64,000 nt of DNA, taken from positions 16,120,001-16,184,000 of the forward strand of contig NC_083422.1 in assembly GCF_020745735.1 (NCBI RefSeq), given 5' to 3'. Shown here piece after piece: positions 37,994-50,970 of this stretch. The notes under the pieces were generated by a model, which saw only the letters and a program-made list of their open reading frames with translations, did no database searches and was not told the origin of the DNA. Position numbers and translations under genes: made by a program. This DNA is from Hemiscyllium ocellatum. Its lineage: Eukaryota. Position 1 is the stretch's first letter. Each line of letters begins with the position of its first letter.

Positions 37994-38699
37994 AAGGCTA
38001 TTGAATACTTTGAGAAAGCCTTGGAGGTTGATTCTGACAATGAAGAATATCAAAGTGCTCTTTGTGAATTAAAATAATTCATTATTCATTACAAAGATGG
38101 GCTGAATACTTCAAAGCTTGAATATTGACAAGAAGAGAGACATGTTGCCACAGCTTTTGTCTTGCACTCGCTTGTACAAATGCAAGTAAAGTGCATTTTA
38201 AAGACCACAATAATTTGTCACAGCTAAGGGGTATGTTCAAACCCTGAGCCTTGTATAAATTCCTGGGAGCTCAGCGAGCGTACAGTTTCCCTTTGTTTGT
38301 TCCATAGCAATACCTCAGCTAATCTGACTGGCAAACCAATAAGCACCTTTTTTCCTTTAGTGTAGCTCAGGTTACGTTGTTTACATCATTAAAAATTTAG
38401 AATTCAATTATTTCTTAAATGAGTGTAAAATGAGAAGCTGTGAAGGTTCTGTTGTTTCAGTAAAATACCATGAAATGAAATTCTGCTTTACCTGAATCAG
38501 TCGTTCTCAACTGTTCTGGTTCTGAGAACCCCTTCCATATTATAATAATCCTATGGATCTCCTGTGGAATGAAAGCATCACTTTTTCTACATAAAGTGTA
38601 GTTATGCACTTAAGCATCTGATTTTAATATTAATGGATTACGACAGAGACATATCACTTCTGTGCATTTTGTGAAGATTGCCATAAAAAATTCTCCAGA

Positions 38700-38970
38700 A
38701 TAGATTCCCCATCAGGGACAGCATCTTCCCAGATGTCCAGTGAGGTTTCCCATTATCCAAGGGAACCATAAATATATCACTCAACAAATCCAGGGAAAGC
38801 CTATGGAACAAAGCAAAGAGACCTGCCGGGCTTTCATTGAACTTTTAAAGACCTTTGACACTAACAACCATGAAGCATTTTTGGAATTCCTCCAGAAGCC
38901 TAGATACCCAGGAAGATTCCTTACTATTCTACAACTCCAGCAACATGGCATGATGGCAACTGTCTTTTCA
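38700..38970 (+). mobile_element. RTE-clade LINE RT fragment
   Basis: QQIQGKPMEQ..AFIELLKTFDTNNHEAF..LQK..YPGRFLTILQ..HGMMATV resembles RTE/BovB RT domains 2-3. Confidence 0.65.
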
Positions 38971-39814
38971 CTACTCCTCCTCCTGTTTCTATGAGCAGCA
39001 AGTCCTGTCAGGTCGAAAGGATCATCTCTGTGAACCCTGTGGATAGGAACTGCCTTCCCAGTTTTTCCCTCCACCCATAATACCCAGACTTTTTCCTCCT
39101 GACTGTATGAGCGTGAAAGAACATTTACAAGGGGCTTAGAGTTTTAACCAGTAAGGTTATGTGTTAATAGTTTATAATTGTTTCTCAGTAGTTAGAATCT
39201 ATTGATATGTAATAAGCAGCTAGCTATGTACAGAAACCTGATCCATGCTTTCTGTCAATCTCAGTCTGAAATACATTGCTGAATTAGAAGTAAGTTTTAA
39301 AAATCTTTAACTTTTGTGATGACTCCTGAAACAGCAGGAATACCCAGTGAAATGTAATAAACCACTCAACAGCTGGTTACTTCCAGGGTTAGTTTTTGCT
39401 CCTGTGCTGGTGGTTCTCCATCTAACTCTGCCCTAGCCTCTTTCTTAGTGCCACCTTTGAGGGCACATTTTGGGGTTGATGCAAGTGACTACCTTACTGA
39501 CGTCTCGCAGAAGGATGCCATGGCTAATAAAGTGTCGAGTATTTTCAAGGAAGAAGGGTTCAGGCAATCTCATTTCTCTTGGTTATCAGGAGCAGTCTGA
39601 GTAGGGTGGCACCGGCCAGAGCTTGAGTGCTCCTGATGATGCCAAACTCCTCTCACCAATCTTTAACCTGCTGTGCCAAAACACAGTTGTTCCACATTTG
39701 ATCTTGTTGTGCTTCATTAAGTCAACAAGTTTGGGCTGAGTACAATCCTGACATGCATTCATGCTTTGCATCTCACACATTTTACTTGTTGTCAGGCCAG
39801 TAGGTGAAAGAAGG

Positions 39815-40497
39815 AAAATCACGTTTTGGGCAAAAGCCCTTCATCAGGAATAGTGGCAGGGAGCCTCCAGGGTGGAGAGATAAATGGGAGGAGGGTGGGG
39901 CTGGGGAGAAGGTGGCCAAGAGTACCATAGGTGGATGGGGGTGGGGATGAAGGTGATAGGTTGGAGAGGAGGGTGGAGCGGATAGGTGAGATGGAAATTG
40001 GCAGGTAGGACAGGCCATGAGGATGGTGCTGAGTCAGCAGGTTGGAACTGGGGTAAGGTGGGGGAGGGGAAATGAGGAAACTGTTGAAAGATGAGGCGGA
40101 AGATGAGCTGTTCCATATCGGAACACTTCATTTCCAGGGCATCAATGTGAACTTCACCAGTTTCCTCATTTCCCCTCCCCCACCTTACCCCAGTTCCAAC
40201 CTGCTGGCTCAGCACCATCCTCATGGCCTGTCCTGCCTGGCAATCTTCCATCACACCTATCCGCTCCAACCTCCTCTCTGACCTATCACCTTCATCCCCA
40301 CCCCTATCCACCTATTGTACTCTCAGCTACCTTCTCCCCAGCCTCACCCCCGTCCCAGTTATCTCTCCACCCCAGAGCCTTCCTGTCTCTATTCCTGATG
40401 AAGGGCTTTTGCCCAAAACGTCGATTTTCCTGCTCCTCGGATGCTGCCTGACCTGTTGTGCTTTTCCAGCACCACTCTAATCTAAACTCTGATCTCC
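39815..40497. mobile_element. Inverted PLE insertion (~270-bp arms)
   Basis: ~39815-40085 (-) mirrors ~40160-40425 (+). Both hammerhead motifs are degenerate (GAAA to AAAA). Confidence 0.85.
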
Positions 40498-40764
40498 AAA
40501 AGGTGAAAGAAGCCTGTTGCCAGCCAAGAAAAATCCTTATCTCATGCTGACAGCTGGATGTGCTGTTCATGTGCCAGCAGTGACCGCTTTGTAAATAAGT
40601 CCGCATCTTGTTCAAAGCATTCAGTGCCAAAGTTTTCCACTATCTAGCAGTTTTGTAAAGCTTACAGTTACTGTGGAGATCCTGCCTTCTCAATCTCACC
40701 CCTCTCCTGAGTCATAGTGACACTCAGGTGAAACCAGTTGTTTCTCCCTAATCAGAGAGCTTTC

Positions 40765-42025
40765 TTTATTCCAAAAGTTTACTTTATTCATAAAAAAATG
40801 ACTTTATTTACATAGTCGCTGAAGCAGTTCAGTTCAGTATGCGGAACGCTTCAGAGAACACCTCTGGGCCGCCCGAACCAACCAACCCAATCACCCCGTG
40901 GCTCAACACTTTAACTCCCCCTCCCACTCCACCGAGGACATGCAGGTCCTTGGACTCCTCCACCGGCAGAACACAACTACACGACGGCTGGAGGAGGAGC
41001 GCCTCATCTTCCGCCTGGGAACCCTCCAACCACAAGGTATGAATTCAGATTTCTCCAGCTTCCTCATTTCCCCTCCCCCCACCTTGTCTCAGTCGGTTCC
41101 CTCAACTCAGCACCGCCCTCCTAACCTGCAATCCTCTTCCTGACCTCTCCGCCCCCACCCCACTCCGGCCTATCACCCTCACCTTGACCTCCTTCCACCT
41201 ATCCCACCTCCATCGCCCCTCCCCCTAGTCCCTCCTCCCTACCTTTTATCTCAGCTGGCTTGGCTCTCTCTCTCTTATTCCTGATGAAGGGCTTATGCTC
41301 GAAACGTCGAATTCTCTATTCCTGAGATGCTGCCTGGCCTGCTGTGCTTTGACCAGCAACACATTTGCAGCTGTGATCTCCAGCATCTGCAGACCTCATT
41401 TTTTACTAGCATGTGAAGAAGCAAACATTAGAGTTTAACTTCATCCATCAAGCAAACCCAAGGCATTTCTTACTTGTACAACGTTATAGTTATGTACATT
41501 TGAGGCACTGAAAGGATCCGATAACTAAAAAGACCCCCATTTAACTTTGGCAGAAAGACCTCTGATGGTGGTCTTTTCTCCACTGCACCTTGGCAGCAGC
41601 TATCCCAAGCTTCAGTCATCCCTCCGCATGTAGTCCTGGACTTTGGAAGGTGCCAGACTGCAACACTCAGTCAGGGTCAACTCCTTGTTCTGGAAGACCA
41701 GCAAATTCCAGGCAGATCAAATGGCGCAGTTCACTGAGTTGACGGTGCTCTGAGCAACATTGATGTTTGTCTTGGTGTATGTCCCAGAGAACAGACCATG
41801 CAGCACAGAGTCCCATGTCATGGAGCTGCTCAGAACAAACATCGATAAGAACCATTGCATCTCTCTGCAGATGTCCTTTGCAAAGGCACATTCCAGCAGG
41901 AGAAAGGGCAGCGTGCAGTGGTACAGAGAGTCTGGGGGGAAAAGAAGAATCTCCCTTCTCATCAACAGCCAAGCAATGTCTTGGGTACTTGTTGGAAAAC
42001 AGCCCACTGGTCTTAGAGGACTATC
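40765..42025 (-). mobile_element. Tx1/L1-clade LINE 3' fragment, interrupted by a PLE
   Basis: LLECAFAKDI..EMQWFLS.F..SSSMT.DSVLHGLF.GT.TKTNIN.A..TVNSV..AI, a zinc-knuckle C-terminal region. T-rich end with TTTATT near 40765-40790. Confidence 0.7.
40838..41407 (+). mobile_element. PLE family A 3' fragment with hammerhead motif at 41277-41312
   Basis: AERFREHLW...VAQHFNSPSHS..RRLEEERLIFRLGTLQPQGMN, then ATTCCTGATGAAGGGCTTATGCTCGAAACGTCGAAT. Confidence 0.9.
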
Positions 42026-43004
42026 ATGACTTTACATACTTATATAATATTTACCATTTTTAGGTCATGAAGTGCCAGGCCCTTATTTATTTTCACATTA
42101 TATAGAGTCAGTGTTCTCTTGAGATTTGGAAGTGATCTGTCTGAAGAATATTTCTGTGTTTTCTCTATGTGAACACAATAATGAAGGTACTACCTGCCTT
42201 GTTTGTGGAAATACAACAAAATCACTTTAGCTGTCTTCACCAAATCTGTTGAAATCCTTAGTCAATTAGTTTCATAAAATAATTATTAATTCTCACCAGG
42301 GTTCACAACTGGGCTGCATTCCCTGCTATGTTGCCCGGTCTGACACTATTTGGATAACTGCCATTAGAAGCATGTCACAATTCAGTGAGAGAAAGCTGCC
42401 TGGGCAGCAGAGGGACAGTTAGTGTTTACACACACACTCCATTGAGTTTTGTTACACTTCTATCAGACACCTTTTTTGGAAACGTTTCAAGCTCTTCACT
42501 GGTGCTGCTGAGGATTTTATTACCAGTATCCATTCCAAACGTAGACAATCAACAATTGTGGGATTTCCTCATTTTAGTCACAAGGTCAGTCACGTCTAGC
42601 ACCCATTTAGAAGGGAAGTCTAATTTAAGATGGAGGTTAGGAAGGATTTTAGGGAACATTGGGGGCAGGGTCATTAAATTGGGGTGTGTTTTAGGCTGGA
42701 GCCCTGCTTTAAGTTTCAGAGTGTCTACACGGGGTGTACATTTGGAATGGGACATTTGGGTGAGGGAAAACTTTGGAGTGCTTCGGGGAGTTTGGGGACG
42801 GCAAGGTTTTGAGATGGAATTAAAATTTGGGACAGGGTTTAGGGGCCGCATTACATTTATGTTTGTGGTGGGGAGTGTTAGCAATAGCAGACAGCCTTTA
42901 AATTGGATTAAGTTAAATTTCAGTTTGGGAAGAGTGTTAGAGTGAGGGGTGTTTCCAGTTAGGGTTGTGGCAGTTGAAACAATTATGTGGGCCTTAGGAG
43001 TTTT

Positions 43005-43301
43005 TTAGATTCTAGATTACTACAGTGTGGAAACAGGCCCTTCAGCCCAACAAGTCCACACCGACGCACAACACACCCAGATGCATTCCCCTATATTTAC
43101 CCATTCACCTAACACTACGAGCAATTTAGCATGGCCAATCACCTAACCTGCACATTTTTTTTTGGATTGTGGGAGGAAACTGGAGCACCCGGAGAGATAC
43201 GGGGAGAATGTGCAAACTCCACACAGAGAGTCACCTGAGATGGGAATTGAACCCTGGTCTCTGGCGCTGTGAGGCAGCAATGCTTACCACAGTGCCACCC
43301 G
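43005..43301 (-). mobile_element. HE1/V-SINE-like SINE
   Basis: Same family motifs. Confidence 0.88.
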
Positions 43302-44062
43302 AAGTTGCTCAGGATCTTTAGACAGATTTGCATTAAAGGTGGAGGTATTGAGGAAGAGGATTTATGAAGGTTTGGGGCTTCAGAAAGGGTATTTAGGATG
43401 GAGTGTGCGTTGAGGTAGCGTCTGGTTTTTGGCATATGAGTTCTGCTGTCAGACAATGAAAACCTGTGTAAATCAGTACACATTTTGTGGTAGAGTTCAG
43501 ATTTAGGATTTATGTTTCAGGTGGGATGAATAAGGTAAATTGGCTGTTCTGGGTTCTGTGCTATTGTCCAGGTGGTTGGCATAGTTCCCCTTTGGGATTA
43601 AGAATCCTGTCAGGCTGGCATTTTCAAGGGTATTCTCAATTTTAGTTTGCCTGAAAAAAAACTGTCCAGTCTTATTCTTGATTTCAATTTGTTGGCAACT
43701 CTATTGTTAATTTTCCAATTCTCCATCCCCTCTTCCTTTCCTTTGTGCTGGTGCCCAGTTCAGATTCATTTTCAGCTTAATGTGCAGGCTGTCCTTTGAT
43801 TGCTTTGTCCTGGTTTCCTGCTCTTCTATCGAGTCACTAAAGTGTTTCCTGTTGACAGCAGATGGCACAGACTACATTGCGTTATTCACGTATTAAGCTT
43901 GCCATTTTCTCTGTGTTCCTTTTGAAGCGTTTGCATGTTCCACTGCTTGTCACAATAATTTAGGGTGGATTGTGTCGTCGCTCTGCTCCTGACTCATAAT
44001 TGTTTGCCTGCTTTAAAGCCTGGTGTCCTGTTACGTTCGCTCAGTGAATTGCCTTCTGCAGC

Positions 44063-44887
44063 ACAATGGCTCAGTCGTTAGCACTGCCGCCTCACAGCGC
44101 CAGAGACCCAGGTTCGATTCCAGCCTTGGACAGACTGTCTGTGTGAAGTTTGCACATTCACCCCACCCCCCGCATCTGTGTGGTTTCCTCCAGGTGCTCC
44201 AATTTCCTCCCAAAGTCCAACGATGTGCAGGTTAGGTGGATTGGTCATACTAAATTTGGCTGTAGTGTCTAGAGATGTCTAAGGTAAAAACAATGGAAGA
44301 GCACAGCAGTTCAGGCAGCATCCAACGAGCAGAGATGTCTAAGCTGAGTGTAGTCACCTGTATTCCTGATAAAGGGCTTTTGCCCGAAACATCAATTTTA
44401 CTGCTCCTCGGATGCTGCCTGAACTGCTGTGCTTTTCCGGCACCACTCTAATCTAGACTGTAGAAGCCATGGGAAATCCAGAGCTCTGGGGATAGGATGG
44501 GGTTTAGATAACTTACAGTGTGGAAACAGGCCCTCCGGCCCAACAAGTCTACACCGACCCGCCGAACCACAACCCACCCATATATTTGCCCCTTTACCTC
44601 ACACTATGGGTAATTTAGCATAGCCAATTCACCTGACCTGCACATCTTTGGACTGTGGGAGGAAACCGGAGCACCCGGAGGAAACCCACGCAGACATGGG
44701 GAGAATGTGCAAACTCCACACAGTCAGTTGCCTGAGTCGGGAATTGAACCCGGGTCTCTGGCGCTGTGAGGCAGCAGTGCTAACCACTGTGCCACCGTGC
44801 CGCCCACAATGTGTTGGTTCTGGGTCGAAGGGTTGTTATGGCCATGAGAGGCCAAATGGCTTTTTTTCTGTACTGTAGGGATTCTGA
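44063..44887. mobile_element. Nested cluster: + SINE containing two PLE-tail pieces and a - SINE (~44503-44806)
   Basis: A 47-bp PLE-tail piece (44284-44330) is flanked by the 13-bp TSD AGAGATGTCTAAG. Confidence 0.8.
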
Positions 44888-46267
44888 AACCTTTTAAATG
44901 CATCTCTAACTATTTTATTGAGGTGGTGGGTCATTTAAGCAGCATGTTTGAATTAACAGTGGCTTTCATGTTGACTTTGCAATGGAAAGTTGGCTCTCTT
45001 GAAGTTTGACTAATGGGCTGAAGTTCATGTTCTTTCACTGTGGGCGATTTTTGTTGGGGGCAGGGTGGTAAGCATGTAAAGTAGGAAGGGGGGGCAACAC
45101 CACCACCTTCTTGCAGACCCCAAATAGTACCCCATGACACTATAAGTGGCTGGGCAGCAAATTGGGCAGAATGCCTGCTATTTGTAAGTAAATAAGCAAG
45201 GGTTAGTCCACCTTATCACCAAGCTTACTGCCTCCAATAAGGCACTGCCCACACCACAATAATGGTTGGCATGAGAAGGCAGGCAGTCTGTTACTTATCA
45301 CAGACTGTTTAAGCAGCAGGGAGGGAAAGGAGTCACACCATTCAGGGTGGTGCTCTGTGTGCATCCTCGAAGATGTCACCACCCTCTTCGTTCCAACTGC
45401 TTGCTCTCAAAAGTGTGTCACTTTTTCCACCTCAGCGGGCTATCCAATCCCTCATCACCATCAGTGCCCAGGATTTCTCTGGTTCTGGTGCTCATGTTCT
45501 CTTCTGCCTGAGGCTTGCCTGCAGCATTCCTGTCGTGCCCAGTGCTGACCTCGGGCCCTGCTGGCGCTGCCAGAGCTGCCTGTCAATGGGACTCGCCAGC
45601 AGCCATTGAGAGGATAGGACCTCTTCCTGCCGAGGGGCTGAAGCCCCAGGCTGTCTGTTTAGCTTGGCCACAGCATGTTCTGGCTACAAAATGGCTTCTT
45701 TGGTCTGCATTAGATGCCTAGCAACAGAGCACTCAACGTCCTTGAACCACCTCCTCCCACGCACCCCCACCGCCCGAAGCACTCAGCCCAATGTTTTTGA
45801 GAAAGCCTCCTCTGAATCCTCTCTGGCTTCCTGCCGCTTGGAGTGTCATCACTGCCTGGTTGAAAACCTCCAACTTTGTGCTTATCAAGTGTGGACTCAT
45901 TGGCAGCAACTTCAGCAGCCTGAGGCAGGTGTGTTTCGTGCGGTGCTGTTTTGTGTGGAAGAAGCTGGTAGCCTTTTCTGAGGAGAGACAGTCTGGATGT
46001 GATGTATTAATTAAACAGTGAGGGAACATGAATGTCAGGTGAGTGTGGTTTACTGATCCCAGACAAGGAGTGGATGTATGGTGCGGAGTGTGCTGACCTC
46101 TTGCTTGGTAGCAGCATTCTGCTCAGTAGGTAAAGTATTCAGAAACTCTGCCCCCAGTCTTTCCATTTTCAGTGGTGTCCTTCTAACTGAAGCCTGTCAA
46201 GGGCTAGCCTCTGCCCACCAACACCCCCCCCCCCCCCTCACCGTGCCCACTAACATACTTTATTTTT

Positions 46268-46605
46268 GGGGAGGCAATGGTTTAGTGGTATTGTTGTGGG
46301 ACGGTTAATCTAGAAACCCAGCTAATGTTCTGGGTTGCAGCCCCACCTCAGCAGATGGTGGAATTTGAAATCAACTAAAAATCTGGAATTAAGAGGCTCA
46401 TGACCATGAAACCGTTGTCAACTGTCAGAAAAACTCATCTGGTTCACTAATGTCCTTTAATTGGTCATCCTTACCTAGTCTGGCCTACATGTGACTTCAG
46501 ATCCACAGCATTGGGGTTGATCTTAACTGCCCTCCAGGTAATTACGGATGGACAAGACATGCTGACCTCGACAGTGACACCCACGTCCTGTGAGAGAATT
46601 TAAAA
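46268..46605 (+). mobile_element. Second SINE family (SacSINE1/DeuSINE-like)
   Basis: tRNA-like head, then ctggttcactaatgtccttt...tggcctacatgtgacttcagatccacagc. The family name is from recall. Confidence 0.6.
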
Positions 46606-47184
46606 ACAAAATCTCAGGGCTGTTTGTTCACCCTACGTCAGTCATTTGTAGGACTAGCTCTGGCTAACAACAATGTGACAGATCATCAAGATGTTGACTA
46701 GAGGTGAGAGTTCACCAACCCCTTACCTTAGTTCATCCTTTAGTTTACCTAACACTGGGGGCCATCTTTTAGCCGTTACTATGCCCTTGTTTCGAAAACA
46801 AGATACAATCATGTCAAGTTATATTTTATGTCTGGGCTGTAGTTTATTTGTTCAAAGGAGAGAAGAGAGAGACAGCCTTCTGTCATATGCTATCATACAG
46901 AGCTTGCAAATTCTGTTTAAGTGTTACAATACTCACAAGAATACCATTTTTCACAGAACGGAGCAATCCAAATGATGTAAATATGTTCAAAGACAATGTC
47001 ATGAGACTGATGGAGGAGTTATGATCAAGGTCAATGCAAAATGGCCACGTCTTTTTGGCCAAGTGATTTTTTTTCTGCGACTAAACAGGAAAATTCAGGC
47101 CCACGTTCTCTGGCCAATATTAAACTAACAAAAACATGCCTACTCACATGCCCACAAATGTTCTTGCCAATTTTCTGATGGGAC

Positions 47185-48012
47185 CGGCAGCCATAATTCT
47201 ATGAGTTTTAAGATAGTGATGTATCTAAAAATTGAAGTTCTAAATTGGAGGAAGGCCAATTTTGACAGTATTAAGCAAGAACTTTCAAAAGTTGATTCGG
47301 GGCAGATGTTCGCAGGTAAAGGGATGGCAGGAAAATGGGAAGTCTTCAAAAATAAGATAATGAGAGTCCAGAGACAGTATATTCTCTCTAGAGTGAAAGG
47401 CAAGACTGGTAGGTGTAGGGAATATGGGATGACGAGAAAAATTGAGGCTTGGGTTAAGAAATAGGAGGAAACATATGTCAGGTACATACAGCAGAGATCA
47501 AGTGAATCCTTAGAGTATAAAGGCAGTAGGAGTATACTTAAGAGGGAAATCAGGAGGGCAAAAAGGCATAATGAGATAGCTTTGGCAAATAGGATTAAGG
47601 GGAATCCAATACATTCTACAAATACATTAAAGACAAAAGGGTAACTAGGGAGAGAATAGGGTGCGTCAAAGATCAGCAAAGCGGCCTTTGTGTGGAGCCA
47701 CAGGAGATGGGGGAGATACTAAACAAGTATTTTGCATCAGTGTTCACTGCAGAAAAGGACATGGAAGATATAGAATGTGGCAAAACATATGCTGACATCT
47801 TGAAAAATGTCTATATTGCAGAGTCATGTTACAGAAGAGGTGGTGTTGGATGTCTTAAAGTGCAAAAGATGGATAAATCCCCAGGACTTTGTCAAGTGCA
47901 CCCTAGAACTCTCTAGGAAGCTAGGGAAGTGATAGTTGGGCCTCTTGTTGAAATTTTTGTATCATCAATAGTCACAGGTGATGTGCTGAAAGACTGGAGG
48001 CTGGCTAATGTG
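47185..48012 (+). mobile_element. CR1 ORF2 internal fragment
   Basis: HNSMSFKI..EVLNWRKANFDSIKQEL, EMGEILNKYFASVFT, DKSPG..VHPR.L, with stops. Confidence 0.88.
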
Positions 48013-48926
48013 CTTATATAATGTTTAAGTTTGTAAGTGGGTCAGGCGAGTGTGCTAAATGGTTTAGGGGAGGGGAGGATGCCAATTGGGTAAATATCAG
48101 ACTAGGAAAGTGGCAGCTAGGCAAGGTTAAAAGGGTGGCATCAGTATAGAGCAAGGTCAGGTGACAGGGTGGTAAGGCAGCAAGGTCACTGACGGCTGGG
48201 GAGGTGTGCAAGCTGAGTAGATTGACAGTATAACTAAAATAGCAGATGGTTACGACAGTGAGATCCGTTTGGGGGATGTCGGAAGGTCTTAGGCAGAGGA
48301 CATTTGGAGCTCTGGAAAATATTTTGTGGTTCAGTTGTGTGATTCTCCAGGAATTAGAACAGGTTAGGTTGCAAGTGTCCAGATCATTAATTGTAATTCA
48401 GAGTAAGGGACTTTGTCAGAGGGTTCCAGATGATGGGTAATTATCTATCTGAAGTTTTAGCTTTCCAGGCAATACCCACTAGTCAGTATATCAGGCCTTT
48501 CCAACAGACTGAATGTTTATTATCGAGGTAAGTTTATTTGACAAATCAGAGCCCTGAAGATCTAGCCAATGTTAATGTATTAGCAGCTAGCGTTGCCAAA
48601 AGCAATTAAATGTATTCCTGCAGGGTTCATCATGTGACTTTACCCAGCCCCTGCTCCCTGAGTGAATCATTCTCACAATGAATGCTTTCTGCCAACTGGA
48701 TGACTCATGACTGTCAGCCAAGCAATCTTTTTATTGATTTTTCAGAATCTTTTGTATCCAGTTTCAAGGAAATAACAAAGTAAAACCTTTTTTTCCCCAA
48801 ATATGCTAGTGATTTCTCTCCAGGATTGCACCCAACAGCATCCTAGAGATTTACCTTCAATTCCTGGAGTCACCCTGTGAGTGCATTCTGTGCCAGAAAG
48901 ACCGACAGACAGAAGCTTTAGTTCTG

Positions 48927-48995
48927 AGTTTCACTTTCCAGTTTCAGTTTCATTTCACATTCAGTCAGTGACTTCAAGTGAGTCATGAAACGAAA
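48927..48995 (+). promoter_or_regulatory. Multi-ISRE array of gene C, with an AP-1-like site
   Basis: AGTTTCACTTTCCAGTTTCAGTTTCATTTC (48927-48956), TGAGTCA (48979-48985) and GAAACGAAA (48987-48995). Confidence 0.85.
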
Positions 48996-49029
48996 AAATA
49001 CATTTTGTTGAAAAACAACACATGAAACT

Positions 49030-49270
49030 CACCTTCCACTCCATCCTCCCCTTCTATCTATTACCAACAAGCCTCCCCCCCGCCTCCCCCTGCATCGACT
49101 GAATACTTTCCCAGCTGCCTTTACCTCAGCCCCAGCCCCATCCTCCTATATATCTCTCAGCCCCTTTCGACTCACACATTCCTGACGAAGGGTTTATGAC
49201 GGAAACATTGATTCTCCTGCTCCTTGGATATATCCTGAGCTGCTGTGCTTTTCTTGTGCCACACATCTCA
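49030..49270 (+). mobile_element. Degenerate PLE tail between the ISRE array and exon 1 of gene C
   Basis: C-rich UTR, then cattcctgacgaagggtttatgacggaaacattgattctcctgctccttggat...gctgctgtgctttt. Confidence 0.75.
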
Positions 49271-49344
49271 GCATAAAACACATTTCTCAATCAACTCACT
49301 GGAGCTGAATACAGCAAAGAAAGAAGTTCAACATATTTTACATG

Positions 49345-49349
49345 ATGAG
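49345..49349 (+). CDS. IFIT5: IFIT5-like gene C, coding exon 1 (ATGAG; a second in-frame ATG at 49342)
   Basis: catgATGAG|GTCAGT donor. Joins AG|C at 51768 to give (M)MSATQKDALKV. ISRE array ~400 bp upstream. Confidence 0.8.
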
Positions 49350-49749
49350 GTCAGTAATGTTCACTTGAAATTCTTTAGTATCGGAATTTATGTGTAGACT
49401 ATGGGGCAAGAAACTTGTTTCTTCATAAATAAAATGTTCAGACTTAAAGTTTTATATTGACTTGTGTTTATATAGGACCTGAAATGTAATTTAATTTCAT
49501 AGGGAATTAATCAACAAAAATTGACACAAAAGAAAATACTTGGAAAGTGACAAGAAAGCTAAGTAAACAAGAGGTTTTTAAGGACAGACCGTTTTTAATG
49601 AGGGAATTATGGGGCTGTCGGTGCTGAAGCCAGTGCTGGAGTAAAATGGAGGCCAGGCATAAAGCTAGAGTTTGGTGAATGGAGAACTCTCAGAAAAATC
49701 TGGTACTGAAGGACATCACAGAGACAGGAAAGGGTGAGATTGTGAATCT

Positions 49750-50970
49750 CATAGAGTCATAGAGATCTATAGTACGGAAACAAACCCTTCGGTCTAACTC
49801 ATCTATACCGACCAGCTATCCTAGCCTAATCTAGTCCCATTTGCCCATATCCCTCCAAACCCTTCCTATTCATATACCCATCCAGATGCCTTTTAAATGT
49901 TGTAATTGTACCAGCCTCCACCACTTCCTCTGACAACTCATTTCATACATGCACCTCATCTGAGTGAAAAGGTTGCCCCTTCGGTCCCTTTTATATCTTT
50001 CCTCTCTCACCCTAAACCTATGCCCTCTAGTTCTGGTCTCCCCCACCTCTGGGAAAATACCTTGTCTATTTATCCTATCCATGCCCCTCATAATTTTATA
50101 AACCTCAAGAAGATCACCTCTCAACCTCCAACACTCCAGGAAAAGAGCCCCATCCTTTTTGGCCTCTCCCAGGAGCTCAAATCCTACAACCCTGGCAACA
50201 TGCTTGTGAATTTTTTCTGAATCCTCTCAGGTTTCACAATATCCTTCCGATAGGAAAGAGACCAGAATTGCATGCAGAATTCCAAAAGTGGCCAAATTAA
50301 TGTCCTGTATCGCCGCAACATGACGCCCCAACTCCTATACTCAATCACAGAACTACAGTGTGTAAACAGGCCATTTGGCCCAACAACTCCAAACCGACCC
50401 TCTGAAGAGAAACTCACCCAGTCCTATTTCCCTACCCTATTCTCTACATTTACCCCTGACTAATGCACCTAACCTCCACATCCCTGAATGCTATGGTCAA
50501 TTTAACATAGCCAATTTGTCTAAACTGCACATCTATGGGACTGTGGGAGGAAACCAGAGGACGCAAGCAGGCACAGAGAGAATGTGCAAACTCCACACAG
50601 TCAGTAGCCCGAGGCTGGAATCAAACCCAAGTCCCTTGTGCTGTGAGGCACCAGGGCTAACCACTGTGCCATCCCATGTTCTGATTATTAAAGAAAAGCA
50701 TACCAAATGCCTTCTTCACTATCCAATCTTCCTGCAACTCCACTTTCAAGGAATTGTGAACCCGCACTCCAAGGTTTCTTTGTTCAGCAACACTTCCTAG
50801 GACCTTATCATTAAGTGTATAAGTCCTGCACTGATTTGCTTTTCCAAAATGCAGCACCTCCCATTTATCTAAATTAAACTCCATTTGCCACTCCTCAGTC
50901 CATTGGCCCATCAGATCAAGATCTCATTGTAATCTTTGCTGTCCACTGCAGCTCCAATTTTGGTGTCATT
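49750..50970 (-). mobile_element. CR1 3' fragment with a nested SINE (~50346-50675), intron of gene C
   Basis: WTEEWQMEFNLDK.EVLHFG, RTLIWPLLEFCMQFWS, RGDLLEVYKIMRGMDR and the 3' tail. Confidence 0.9.

Noticed and set aside
45000-46250. GC-richer tracts with several ORFs (also 61300-62220) as host exons or Harbinger transposase
   Set aside because: No motif I could identify with confidence and no consistent splice pattern.
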